The notes below the pieces were generated by a model. It had not been told where the DNA came from. It was given only the letters and a program-made list of their open reading frames with translations, and did not search any database. Of a stretch of 64,000 bases of DNA, positions 24,317-36,168 are shown piece by piece (positions within the stretch are counted from its first letter, which is position 1; each line of letters begins with the position of its first letter). Origin of the DNA: Malacoraja senta (lineage: Eukaryota); the NCBI GenBank assembly GCA_038087875.1, contig CM075989.1, forward strand, positions 22,694,001-22,758,000, given 5' to 3'. Made by a program: the position numbers and the translations under genes.

Positions 24317-24470
24317 CGTGCGGTCCTTGTACATTGGCAGGCCATGACTGAAGACATATAACCAGTGAATTACTTTTGGGAGTGGGCACTGTTGTTTAAA
24401 AGACAAATACTGCCAGCTATTTGTGCCCAGCCAGGTTCTACAGACAACAGGTCGTAAGGTTATCTGTTTC
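24317..24470 (-). CDS. Coding exon (KQITLRPVVCRTWLGTNSWQYLSFKQQCPLPKVIHWLYVFSHGLPMYKDRT)
   Basis: tttcctctctcaaccag acceptor, ACG|gtattt donor, 154 nt, phase 2->0; lies within ORF 24236..24544. Confidence 0.85.
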
Positions 24471-24869
24471 CTGGTTGAGAGAGGAAAGCTCCCGGATTGA
24501 TTCGAATCTGTGTGTCTGAAGAAGGTCCCGACGCGAAACATCACCTATCCACGTTCTCCAGGGCAGCATGGTGGCACAGCCGTACAGCTGCTGCTTTACA
24601 GCACCAGAGACCCGGGTTCGATCCTGACTACGGGTGCTGTCTGTATGGAGTTTGTACGTTCTCCACGTGACCTGCGCCAGTTTCCTCCCGGTGCTCCGGT
24701 TTCCTCCAACATTCCAAAGACGAGCAGGTTTGTAGGTTAATTGGCTTCTGGTATAATTGTAAATTGTCCCTAGTGTGTAGGATAGTGTGCAGGATGCTTG
24801 CTAGTGGGCGTGGACACGGTGGGCCGAATGGCCTGTGTCCGCACTGTATCTCTATCTCTCCAGACATTT

Positions 24870-25205
24870 CCAAGCCACTGATGAATGTCCATCCGACGCC
24901 GGAGTTCCATCTTCCCGGCAAAGAGGGCCTGAAAACATCGGACGGGCTGCGGACGCCCTGACCTCGGGTGTTTCACAGAGGAGGAGGACTGAACTTTGTG
25001 TTGCCTGTCCCCACAGTGGGAAATGTTGATTGTGTTGTGGGGGGGGCGTTCTTGTTGAATTCTGTGTTGTGTCATTTTTCTTCTTTTTTTTTTTCTATGG
25101 ATGTACGGAAACTTAATTATTTTTTCTATGTAAAAGACTTTGGTTTCAACACGAGTTGATTTAAACCTGCTATATAAATAAAATGTACTTACTTACTTAC
25201 TTACT
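24870..25205 (+). mobile_element. Non-coding retroposon fragment with L2-type tail
   Basis: tgtaaaagactttgg...gctatataaataaa(tact)n tail resembling 31670-31747. Confidence 0.5.
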
Positions 25206-25723
25206 AAAGATGCTGCTTAACCCGTTGAGTAACTCCTGCACTCTCTCTGTCCTTTTGTGTAAACCTGCATCTGCAGTTCCTTATTTCTACATATTGTTCA
25301 AAATACTGACAGACAGAATATCTCAACTCTGAAGAGGAAATCCCATTGGATTTTCCCAACCTAATCCATTTGTATTTGTGCCAGAGTAGTTCATCCATAA
25401 CATTTGTAGAACATAGAAGAGTACAGTGCAGGAACAGGCCCCTTGGTCCACAATATCTGTGCCAAGATATACTAATCTCACTTGCCTGCACATGAACCAC
25501 ATCCCTCCATTCCCTGCATATCCATATGCCTATTAAGAGCCTCTTAAATACTACGCTGATGTTTTTGTATCTAAAGTGAGCTGGATCCAATGTAACATTG
25601 AAAATCTTCATGACCAGAACATTCATTGGCAGACTAGCAAACGAGATTTTGGCCTCCCCTTTCTCAGCAACTGGAGTCAAATATTATAAGTCCATGTATT
25701 CTGACACTGTATGAACATAGTAG

Positions 25724-26572
25724 AGAGATTAGAGATTAGAGATTCCTTTATTTGTCATTCAGACCGAAAGGTCTGAACGAAATTTCGTTGCCTGCAGTCA
25801 TACATATAATAATAAATGACAAAACACACAATAAACACAAATTAACATCCACCACAGTGAGTTCACCAGGCACCTCCTCACTGTGATGGAGGCAAAAGTC
25901 TTAAAGTCTCTGTCTCTTCCCGCTTTGTTCTCCCTCTGCGCTGAGGCGATCCAGGCTTCTGATGCTGTGACCCCGCCGGGCGACGGTAAGTCAGTCCCGC
26001 GGCCGAATCCGTGCTCCGCGACGGGCCGGCTCAAACTCCGCAGCCCAGGGTGGTCGAAGCTGCCGAAGCTGCCGCCCTCCAGTCCAGCGGACGCAGCTGT
26101 AGTTGCGGGAGCCCCAGAAAAACAGGTCACCAACCTGTGACCTGCGAGCTCCCGACGATGTCGTCCACTGGGCCCGCGGCCGAGCCTCCGGATTCAGGTC
26201 GCCACCAGTGTCCTCGGTCGCCACCGCCGGAACGCCACCGCAGCCCCGAAGTTGGCCAGTCTCGCGCTGGTAAGTCCTGGCTCTGCCTCCGGAGCCTCGA
26301 GGTCGGTCGGTCGCAGTTGGAGTTGGAGTCCGGCAGCTCCGCCATTTTGGCCTCGGCGCAGACGGAGGCAGAGAAGGGGGATACGACAAGAAAAAGTCGC
26401 ATTCCCCCGAAGGAAGAGACAAAAAACATGTTTCACCCCCCCACCCCACCCCACACATACACAACCCAATAAACTAAAATTTAACTAAAACAGGACAAAA
26501 GAAAACAACAAAAAAAGTAAAAACAGACGGACTGCAGGCGAGCCGCTGCTGTACGACAGCACCGCCACTTCC
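25724..26572 (-). mobile_element. ~850-bp GC-rich non-coding retroposon with Rex1/Babar-type tail
   Basis: Stem-loop cagacc-tttc-ggtctg, then tgacaaataaa and (aatctct)n; shares blocks with 41288..41908. Confidence 0.6.
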
Positions 26573-26973
26573 CTAACGTTAGGGAACAGCCCAGCCCCCT
26601 CTCTGCCCCCCTGCCCTACACCCAGATACACACCCATTTCATTTTTTCCCACCCTCCACCCCCTCCACCTATACCCTATTCGCAGACATCACAACTAAAT
26701 CCTCTTCTCTCCATATCCTACAGCTTTTTGTCCTCATTTCATCTCAGGCCTTTGTTCACTTATCCACCAATATCTCCCCGCCTTTATCCACCTCACACTT
26801 GCCAGACTCTATTCCACTCCCAACATTTTTTTCCGGTTTCTTCCCCCAAAGCCCACTCTCTACCCCCACCCCCCACCCCCTCCAAACCATCCCCCCACTT
26901 CGTTATAATTTCAAAGACTCCATCAACTCTCCTGATTCCTTATGAAAAGAACCCTACCATGTATAGAAGACAA

Positions 26974-27492
26974 GATTTTTTCGGCGACTGTCACAGTCGT
27001 AGCAGGTGGCCGAAAAAAACGGCGATTGGACCCCCCACGACAATGTCTACGAAAACCTACCACCTAGTCGACTTCAAGCTACGGCAAGCCACCGACAACC
27101 GCTGACCATTAGGACGTCCATCTACGACCACACCTACAACAACCTACGTCCACCCGCGACAAGGAAAGACAATTCAGTCGCCGGTACCTGGCGCCGGTTG
27201 ACGTAGATTGACGTAGGTAGTCGCCAATGGAATTCACTGAAGTCAGCACTGGCGACAACCTACGACATCCTGACGACAACACCTACGTCAGGCTACGATC
27301 GTTGGCGTCAAGCCCACCGGCGCCTACTGTCGCCAAAAAGTTTTGAACATTTCAAAATCCAGCAGCGACCATTAAAAAGGTACGACTCTTTGGGCGACTG
27401 AGGAGACCATACAGGCAACCCCCCGACGACCATGTGGAGGCAGCCGAGTCGCCTGTAGTCGCCTAAAAAATCGCCCAAGTGAGACAGGGGCA
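26974..27492. mobile_element. Harbinger-type MITE, left end truncated
   Basis: Right end aagtgagacaggggca|taa; shares internal blocks with 18758..19045. Confidence 0.7.
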
Positions 27493-28512
27493 TAACTCAG
27501 TGGGTCAGGCAGCATCTCTGGAGAACATGGATAGGTGACGTTTCAGGTCGAGACCCTTCTTCAGTCTGAGAGCACAGACTGAAGAAGGGTTTCGACCCGA
27601 AACGTCAACTATCCATGTTCTCCAGAGATGCTGCCTGACCCGCTGAGTTACTCCAGCTTTTTGTGTCTGTATTCGGTGTAAACCAGCATCTGCAGTTCCT
27701 TCTAATAGCATCTCTGGAGGACATGGATGGGTGACATTGCGGGTCGGGGCAAGCTGAGGGAAGGGTCCCGACCCGAAACCTCACCTATCCATGTTTTCCA
27801 GAGATGATACCTGGCCCGCTGAGTTACTTCAGTACTTTGTGTCCTTTTTAGTATTATTCTAACACCTTGCTCTTTGACCCAAACTTGCAGCCCGGCACTC
27901 TAGATGTTCCGCCAATATTGAAACACAAGCTGAATGATGCGAAGTGGCCAACTTCCTTGATCAATGGTTATACACCTCACATTTACACCCGCTTATCCAC
28001 ATTTTCTGTGACACCATATTAAGTTGATTCATGAAGTATAATTGGGGAGCTTTAAGGTCCGCACTTGAAATGGGTTTGAATGATAAACTGGGCTGGTTAG
28101 TGAATTAAACCATTGCAATAGGATTTAAATTGACAGTAGTTCTGCATTGACTGGCCTCAGCAGCTTAGGTTAAATTCAAAAGCTCTCAAGTTCACCAGTA
28201 GTTTTAATATTTCACAGTTTTATCCTGCATATGTGTGCATCTTTTAACTTTTTGCTTCGGAGCCTGGAGAGGTAAATTGGATCCAAAGAGCACTTAAGAT
28301 ACGTTAGTGCCATTTGAGTTATCAGTTTTGGAAGAATCATTCCATTTTTTTTTTTTAAACTTTTGCTAATTTGGTGGGCTGAAGGAGCCTGTTTCCACGC
28401 TGTATCTCTGAAATTAAAAAAATAAAATCATTAAATCTGGAGTTATAATTCAGATCAGAGAATCACCAAGCCACATAGCATGGAGACAGGTCCTTTGGCC
28501 CGTTGGGTTTTG

Positions 28513-28730
28513 AGGTCCCGTCCCACTTACGCGATTTTTTCGGCAACTTGCCGGCACCCGTCATTAGTCGCAGCAGGTCGCCGAAAATGTTCAACATGTT
28601 GAAAATCCAGCGTCTACCAGAAAAAGGTACGACTCTTTGGGCGACTACTCACGACCATACAGGCGTCACCCCGCGACATGTCGATACGTGACGTCTTTAT
28701 GGTCGGGAGTAGTCGCTCAAAGATTCGTAA
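28513..28730. mobile_element. Harbinger-type MITE fragment (same family as 18758..19045)
   Basis: gtcccacttacgcgattttttcggc start; ~170 bp of similarity. Confidence 0.7.
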
Positions 28731-29391
28731 AACTTTAGTTTAGTTTAGTTTAGTGAACATGCAAACTCCATGCAGATGACACGACCGTCTAAATGCACAC
28801 TTGCTGGCTGGTTTTGTGAGAGAAAGAACTGCAGATGCTGGATAAAATCGAAGGTAGACACAAAATGCTGGAGTAACTCAGCGGGTGAGGCAGCACCGAA
28901 GTGTCTCGACCCGAAACGTCACCCATTCCTTCTCTCCGGAGATGCTGCCTGTCCCGCTGAGTTACTCCAGCATTTTGTGTCTACCTCCGGCAGGTTTTGT
29001 GAGGCAGCAGCTCTACCAGCTGCACCATTGTGCAGGGTCTGAAGAAGGGTCTCAACCTGAAACGGTGCCCATTCCTTCTCTCCAGAGATGCTGCCTGTCC
29101 CGCTGAATTACTCCAGCACTTTGTGTCTATCTTCAGTTTAAACCAGCATCTGTAGTTCCTTCCTACACACCACTGTGCCACTTGACCACATTCCTCTTGA
29201 CATTTTGCGGGGACATATTGGGATGTCTGCATGTTTTGCAGTCTCCATTCTGTCATGGTGCAAAAGCAAAAACGCATTAAACTGAATCTATATTCCACCG
29301 CAAATTAAAAGAGCCATGATTAGCAATGCAATATTCACTTTAATGATATATTCCATCTAACAGCATGCAGGATCAAAGTTTTATCTCACAC

Positions 29392-29446
29392 TTCATGGAT
29401 ATATTGTCAATATTATTGATGTATCCATTATTTTTTGATGTGCAGA
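29392..29446 (-). CDS. Coding exon (F-CTSKNNGYINNIDNISM-K)
   Basis: gatag acceptor, AA|gtgtga donor, 55 nt; phase 1->2 bridges neighbours. Confidence 0.6.
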
Positions 29447-29784
29447 CTATCATAGTGAACGGAACCAAACTTTCATCATGATGTACAAATGACAACTTCC
29501 ACATGTTCCGAGTCCAGAACAAAGTAAAATAACCTGTGATCTTTTAATTGTACTTAGCAGCTATTGATTTGGTGGCCACGTAACTGGAATGGGTCAGTGT
29601 TGTTGTTAAAACCAGCCTCTCAGTGAAAGAGCAACGGATGACATTTTAATGTCAAAAACCGTCTTGGGGAATTTTAAGCAGATGTTTTAAAAAAAATAAC
29701 CTATGAATATAAAGGCTAAAGGATGGCAGAAGTGAAAACAAGACTTTTTTTTTTGACTCGCCATTGATTTAGCCAGTGACATAC

Positions 29785-29902
29785 AGAACAACCAATTTGA
29801 AAATGTAGAAGTCAATTTGCGAGGCAATGTTAAATGCTGTCTGGTAGGGTTACTCTGAAAGGTTTGGTACATTTCCCTTACAACCTTTAAATCATTGGAA
29901 TC
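29785..29902 (-). CDS. Coding exon (DSNDLKVVREMYQTFQSNPTRQHLTLPRKLTSTFSNWLF)
   Basis: ggcag acceptor, T|gtatgt donor, 118 nt, phase 0->1. Confidence 0.8.
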
Positions 29903-30779
29903 CTGCCACAGTGACTAACGGCAGAGACGAAAGTAGCTTGAAAACTATAAGCTTCAGGTTCAAGATCCCAGGCAGGGCGGTGCCTGGTAGGTCCATTGTT
30001 GGCCGGGGAAGTTGCGACCTCAAGAGAAACAACTGTGGAACTGGTAAACCCACTAGGGTGGAGGAAGGGGGGGCAAGGAGAGATGGGGGAGGGGAGATGA
30101 AGCCACTCAAAATTTAGAACGGAGATGAGGAAACACTTTTCCACACAGAGAGTTGCGAGTCTGTGGAATTCCCTGCTTCAGAGGGTGTTGGAGGCAAGTT
30201 CTCTGGATACTTTCAAGAGAGAGCTAGATAGGGCTCTTAAAGATAGCGGAGTCAGGGGATATGGGGAGAAGGCAGGGACGGGGTAATGATTGTGGATGAT
30301 CAGTCATGATCATATTGAATGGCGGTGCTGGCTCGAAGGGCCGAATGGCCTACTCCTGCGCCTATTGTCTATGGTCTATTGTTCATACCGCTGGGTTGTA
30401 AGTTACCCGAGCAAAATATGAGGAGTTGTTTCTCCAATTTGCACGTGGCCTCGCTCTGGCAGTAAACTGACATTGGACTTTACATTGTTTAGGCCCAAAA
30501 AACCATTAGATATAGGAGCAGAATTAGGCCGTCAAGTCTACTCCGCCATTCGATCGTGGCTGAGCTATATTTCCCTCTCAACCCCATTCTCCTGCCTTCT
30601 CCCCGTAACCTTTGGCATCCTCTGAGGTACTATGGACTTTACTTTTTGCAATTCTATGGTCTAGTTACTGAGTATTACTGATTACTAGTTTAATATATAA
30701 TTGATTATTGTATGTTTATTTGTGCGTTATTGCGTTAATGGAGCTGTAGCAAGTAAGAATTTCATCGTTCCCCTGGCTT

Positions 30780-31083
30780 TAGACTTTAGAGATACAAGGT
30801 GAAAACAGGCCCTTCAGCCCACCGAGTCCACGCTGACCAACGATCCCCGTACACTAACACCATTCTACAAACTAGTGATAATTTACAATCTCCACCAAAG
30901 CCAATTAACCTGCAAACCTGTACGTCATTGGAGTGTGAGAGGAAACTGGAGCACCCGGAGAAACCCATATGGTCACGGGGAGAACGTACCAACTCCATCC
31001 ATATAGCACCCATAGTCAGGATCGAACCCGGGTCTCTGGTGCTGTAAGGCAGCGACTTTACCGCTATGCCACCGTGCCGCCCC
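30780..31083 (-). mobile_element. tRNA-derived V-SINE (HE1-like)
   Basis: Full-length copy. Confidence 0.9.
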
Positions 31084-32347
31084 ATTCTCTGCCAATAGAT
31101 GCCACTTGATGATCTAGGGCCACAGACTCAGCTTCTTGCTTGACAGAGCAGAGAATAAACATTGGGGAAGAACTTAGAGACCAATGTTCATGCCTCGGAC
31201 TAAGTGAAACAGCTTCATGAAATTGGTTGATAAACTATCAGCAACTCTATCACATAAATCAGTTTCATGTCATTTCAAATGCCATTCGAGACAATCCACC
31301 TTCAGCATGACTTTCCAAAGTCGTGAAGATAGCTGAGAAGATGATATCTGTAACTTTATTTTAAGAGTTTTTCCTCATTAAACAGTTGTCATCGAACCAG
31401 TAATTCAGAGGCTCGCACTAAAGATCAACTCCCAACTTGGCAATTTGGGAATAGAGATAAAATTCAATTCTTGGCTATAAAATGTTTTATAAGTAATGCT
31501 CATCATTTCATGCAAGGGGGCGGTAGAGCTGCTGTGTCACGGACCCAGAGACCCGGGTTCGATCCTGACCTTGGATGCTGTCTGAGAGGAGTTTGCACGT
31601 TGCACGTTTACTCTCAAGCCTTTCTTGACGTCCTCTGAGTGAGGGCTATATGTATGTATTTATGTATGTACTACCAATGTAAAGCACTTTGGCCAACGGG
31701 AGTTGTTTTTTAAATGTGCTATATAAATAAAAGTGACTTGACTTGACCTTGTGACCGCGTGGGTTTCCTCCTGGTGCTCTGGTTTCCTCCCACATTGCCC
31801 AAAAAACCAGCGGGTTTGTAGGTTATTTGGCCCTCTGTAAGTTGCCCCTGGTGTGTAGGGAGTGGATGCGGAAGTGGGATAACGTAGAACTAGTGTGAAC
31901 GGGCGTTCGATGGTCGGCGTGGACTCGGTGGGCCGAAGGGCCCATTTCCGTGCTGTATCTCTCAATCAATCGATCAATCAATTGATCAATAAATAGGAGT
32001 GAAAATGGCCCAGTATTTTATTTTGTAAGAGGACAGAATCTGTAAGTTGAGTGCTGCAATTCAGTGGCCAGTCTGCGGTGCATAAAAATCTATACAAGCT
32101 GTTACATAGATCACACTATGTCACATCCCCTGGAGAGTTTGTTTTGTAATGAACAGCACAGAAAACATGTCCACCCTAGAGGACTAAAGTGTGTCATTTA
32201 ATGAAAAGCTGTCTGTTAATAATGGAGTTCTGTTGGATTGGAACAGGATGCAGCCTTGGGGCTAGGATGGTGGCACGTGTCTCGAGTTAAGTGTTTTTGT
32301 CCTCCATTCCCTATGTATCCGAGATAGGGCAGTTCAAATAAACTCAC

Positions 32348-32420
32348 TTTTAATCTAGTGAAGCTTTCTGTTACACTTTGTCTCTCCAAGGTTCCATTTG
32401 GGATGAGATGAATCGAAAGT
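32348..32420 (-). CDS. Coding exon (LSIHLIPNGTLERQSVTESFTRLK)
   Basis: ttgtgttccaag acceptor, AAA|gtgagt donor, 73 nt, phase 2->0. Confidence 0.7.
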
Positions 32421-33231
32421 CTTGGAACACAAGTGACATCTCTTGATTTCAACCATCGCCATCATACAGCAGGAGTAATTCACCGAATACTTAAGCCTGT
32501 GCAAGTCCATCTCGTCACCTGTTTGATCTGCTTGTTTTGAAGAAAAGCCTTCCGCACTTCACTGCCATTAGTCAGTAGTACAAGGACTCGTTGATTTTGT
32601 TTTCACGGCAGCTGTAGAATTGAACCTTGGATTGTCCACATCAAATGAAATTGTTCTTTGTTCACGACCTAGCCGCCTGCATTGTGTCTGCCGCCTGCAT
32701 TGAATCCAATCACGTGCAGCAAGAAACTGCAGATGCTGGTTTACGCCGAAGGTAGTCACAAAATGCTGGAGTAACTCAGCGGGTTGGGCAGCATCTCTGG
32801 CGAAAAAGACACGGTGACAAGTCTCAAGTTGGGACCCTTCTTCAGATGGCGCCCGGAAAGGCTGCAGAGAAGATTTATGAGGATGTTGCCAGGAATTGAT
32901 GGCCTGAGCGATATGGAAAGGTTGGGACAGGCTCGGGCTTTATTCCTTGGAGGGAGGACACTGAGTGTTGCGCTGAACGAGGTGCATAAAATCATGGATG
33001 GGGAATAGAAAAGGTGAATGCACAGCCAGTTTTCCAGGGTCGGGGAATCGAGAAACACGAGGGCATACGTTTAACTTGAGAGAGGGAAATATTTAGTAGG
33101 AACCTAAGGGGTAACATTTTCATATAGATTAAGGTGGATATATAGAATGAGCTGCCAGAGAACATTGTTGAGATAGATATTATAACATGTTGAAGATGGA
33201 TTTGGACAGATACATGGAAAGGACAGGGTTA

Positions 33232-33762
33232 AGGGCTGTCCCACTTGGGCGACCTCTACCGCGAGTTCTGGCGAGTTTGCCTCGACTCATACTCGCAGCA
33301 TGGTCGCCACGAGGTCGTAGGAGGTCTTCGTAAACTCTCCTTCATGCTCGAGAGTGGTCTCCGCGTACTCGAGGCCTCAGCTAGGTCGCGGCGGGTTTTT
33401 TCAAAAATGTCAAAAAATGCCCGCGAGTAAAAAAAGGTCGCCACGGAAAAAATCGACACTTTTTTTTTACTCGTAGGTTTAGTCGTAGTAGGTCGGCATG
33501 TTAGTCGTAGGTAATCAAGGGTACTGGAAGGTAGTCAAAGCTACTCGCAGGAGGTCTTCATCATAGTCGAAGAGAGGTCACAGGAGATCGAAGGAGGTCG
33601 TCTTCACTCTCCACTATTCGATGTCCAATTTTCCCGAAGTTAGTCGTAGCTAGTCGAAGCTAATCTTCTACAGTCAAAGGAGGTCTTCAACATGACATTT
33701 TTTCAAACTTTCCTAAGCTCGTCTAAACTCGCCAATTAGGTCGCCCAAGTGGGACAGGCCCT
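33232..33762. mobile_element. Harbinger-type MITE
   Basis: TIR agggc(c)tgtcccacttgggcgacct, TTA flanks, interrupts a CR1 tail. Confidence 0.8.
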
Positions 33763-34570
33763 TTAGTTGGAGATGGGCCAAGCATAGATAAATGGGACTA
33801 GTTTAGATGGGGCATCTTGGTCAGCATGGATGAATTGGGCTGAAGGGCCTGCTTCTGTGCTGTATGGTTGTGTAACACCTGTTGTAGCTGAAGTTCTGCC
33901 TATGGTCCTAATAACTAGATGCAATCTTACAGAGTTTAATCATGTATTGCTGATTCCTGCTTGGTGATCATCTATTCTGACGTCTAATTGGACAAGTTGG
34001 ATCTAGAACAACTGGAGGTCGGAACTGTGGCCTTTTAATATATTCTACTTAGTTTAGTTTAGAGATACAGCACAGAAACAGGCCCTTCGGCCCGCCGAGT
34101 ACGAGCCCACCAGCGAACCCCACACACTAGCATTATCCTACACACACTAGGGACAATTTACCAAGCCAATTAACCTACAACATTTCAGGTTGGGACCCTT
34201 CTTCAGACACAGATAGGGAGAATGTACTGTTTAAACTCCATACAGACAGCACCCGTTGTCAGGATCGAACCCGGGTCTCTGTCGCTGTGAGGCGGCAACT
34301 TTACTGCTGCGCCACCGTGCCCCCCGCTAAGTACAGCAAGGGATGTATCGGCGATCAATAATGTTCTCAAGAGTAATCTATGTTAAGTTTGATAAATGTA
34401 TTTTCGAAAGCAAACATTGTGGCCAATATTGCAGGATAGCCATTAGCAAAGCAATGTAAGAGGGTTGTTGCTGATGCTCTGGGCCATATTTCCTGGGTCT
34501 CATGTGTGTAAAGATAGTTGTAATATATAATGAGAGCCCTCTGCAATCACTCTGAGCTGCAGAGAAATAC

Positions 34571-34645
34571 CCTTCCATTCCCTGCTGCTGTGTAATAACC
34601 AATCTTTTCAGAGTGATATTTCTTGCATCCAATAACATCGGTAAC
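34571..34645 (-). CDS. Coding exon (VTDVIGCKKYHSEKIGYYTAAGNGR); 3' boundary uncertain (34571 or 34551)
   Basis: ctttag acceptor, open frame, AGG|gtattt donor is phase 0; an alternative GA|gtgatt donor at 34551 gives the phase 2 needed by the next exon. Confidence 0.75.
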
Positions 34646-35809
34646 CTAAAGCTATTGTAAGCCATGGATTCACATCAGCAGCTTCAAAGACGAGATTGCT
34701 AACAATTCATTTCATATATGACCCTTATCTGCTCTGATATTTGACTCGTATCAAATGTCATTAGGTGCGATTCCAAACCTATACTTTCAAGGTAAGGAGT
34801 GGTGACACACGGTGACCAAGTGTATCATCTCGCCCCAAGAAATGTTTCAGTCAAAAGCATCTTTTATAGGGAGTCGCTTCTTGCCCTCGAACCCACCCTG
34901 TTAATGTTGACCTTTAAGTAAGAGCCATGACTGGATTGTATGAGATGTTAGCTGCAAGGGGGAGGTATCGATCAGATGTTAGACTAACATTTCCGACTAC
35001 CTCGGGCTATTAAATATAGAAAGGAAAGATATAAAACAGCTTGTCAGCGTTCATAAAGGGTTTGTGTGTCATTTTTAGCTATCCCCTTATACACAGCTTG
35101 ACAGATTTATGGATTTAATTATTCATTTTAGAAAGTTTGAGGTTTTTCCTTCTGCGTGGAGTTTTATAATTGTAAAAACAGCCGCGACCATCACGCCTTT
35201 CGTATTGTGAACATTTTTTAACAAAAACGACGTTGTATTTAACAAGATTCTTGTTCCAGCCTATTTCAGAATGTTTCCGTTTTTGTGAGATTTATAAATA
35301 GCAAATTTACATGAAACTAGGTTTTTGGCATTTAGACTTCATTTTATTTTATGTTTCATTGTCAACTGAAATAATAGCTCTTTAAACATAACTTGGTTCA
35401 TTCAGTAGCTTCTTGGAATCATCACCGCAAATGTGTACAAACAAATGGTAAATATCGTGCACGGTTGGACACGGGGAACTGCAGATGCTGGTTTACAAAA
35501 AAAGGACCAAACGTGCTGGAGTAACTCAGCAGGTCAGGCAACATCTCTCGAATGTAGGAATGGGTGAGGTTTCGGGTAGAGACCCTTCCTCATACGATGC
35601 TGCCTGCCCGCTGAGTTACTCCAGCATTTTGTGTCTATCTACAGTGTAAACCAGCATCTGCAGTTCCTTCCTACACATTTCGTCTGCTTATCTGGCGAGA
35701 GGCCCTGACCCGAAACGATGCCTATCCATTTTCCAGATCCGTTTTCCTGGTCCGCTGAGTTATTCCAGCAATTTTATGTCATTTTTTAAAGTTATTTTGC
35801 ACTAACTTG

Positions 35810-36168
35810 ACCTAGAGGCAGGAAACATGTTCCCAATGTTGGGGGAGTCCAGAACCAGGGGTCACAGTTTAAGAATAAGGAGTAAGCCATTTAGAACGGA
35901 GACGAGGAAACACTTTTTCCTCACAGAGAGTGGTGAGTCTGTGGAATTCTCTGCCTCAGAGGGCGGTGGAGGCAGGTTCTCTGGATGCTTTCAAGAGAGA
36001 GCTAGATAGGGCTCTTAAAGATAGCAGAGTCAGGGGATATGGGGAGAAGGCAGGAACGGGGTACTGATTGGGGATGATCAGCCATGATCACATTAAATGG
36101 CGGTGCTGGCTCGAAGGGCCAAATGGCCTACTCCTGAATCTATTGTCTATTGTCTATTGTCTATTGTA
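35810..36168 (+). mobile_element. CR1 LINE 3' fragment; others at about 9668-9875, 10176-10560, 18400-18757, 21680-21850, 30110-30380, 32850-33230, 49712-50013, 60615-60855
   Basis: Same ORF2 end and 3' UTR as other copies. Confidence 0.85.

Noticed and set aside
25560..25670. Possible minus-strand exon AEKGEAKISFASLPMNV…
   Set aside because: No donor in the needed phase; exon 29392-29446 fits instead.
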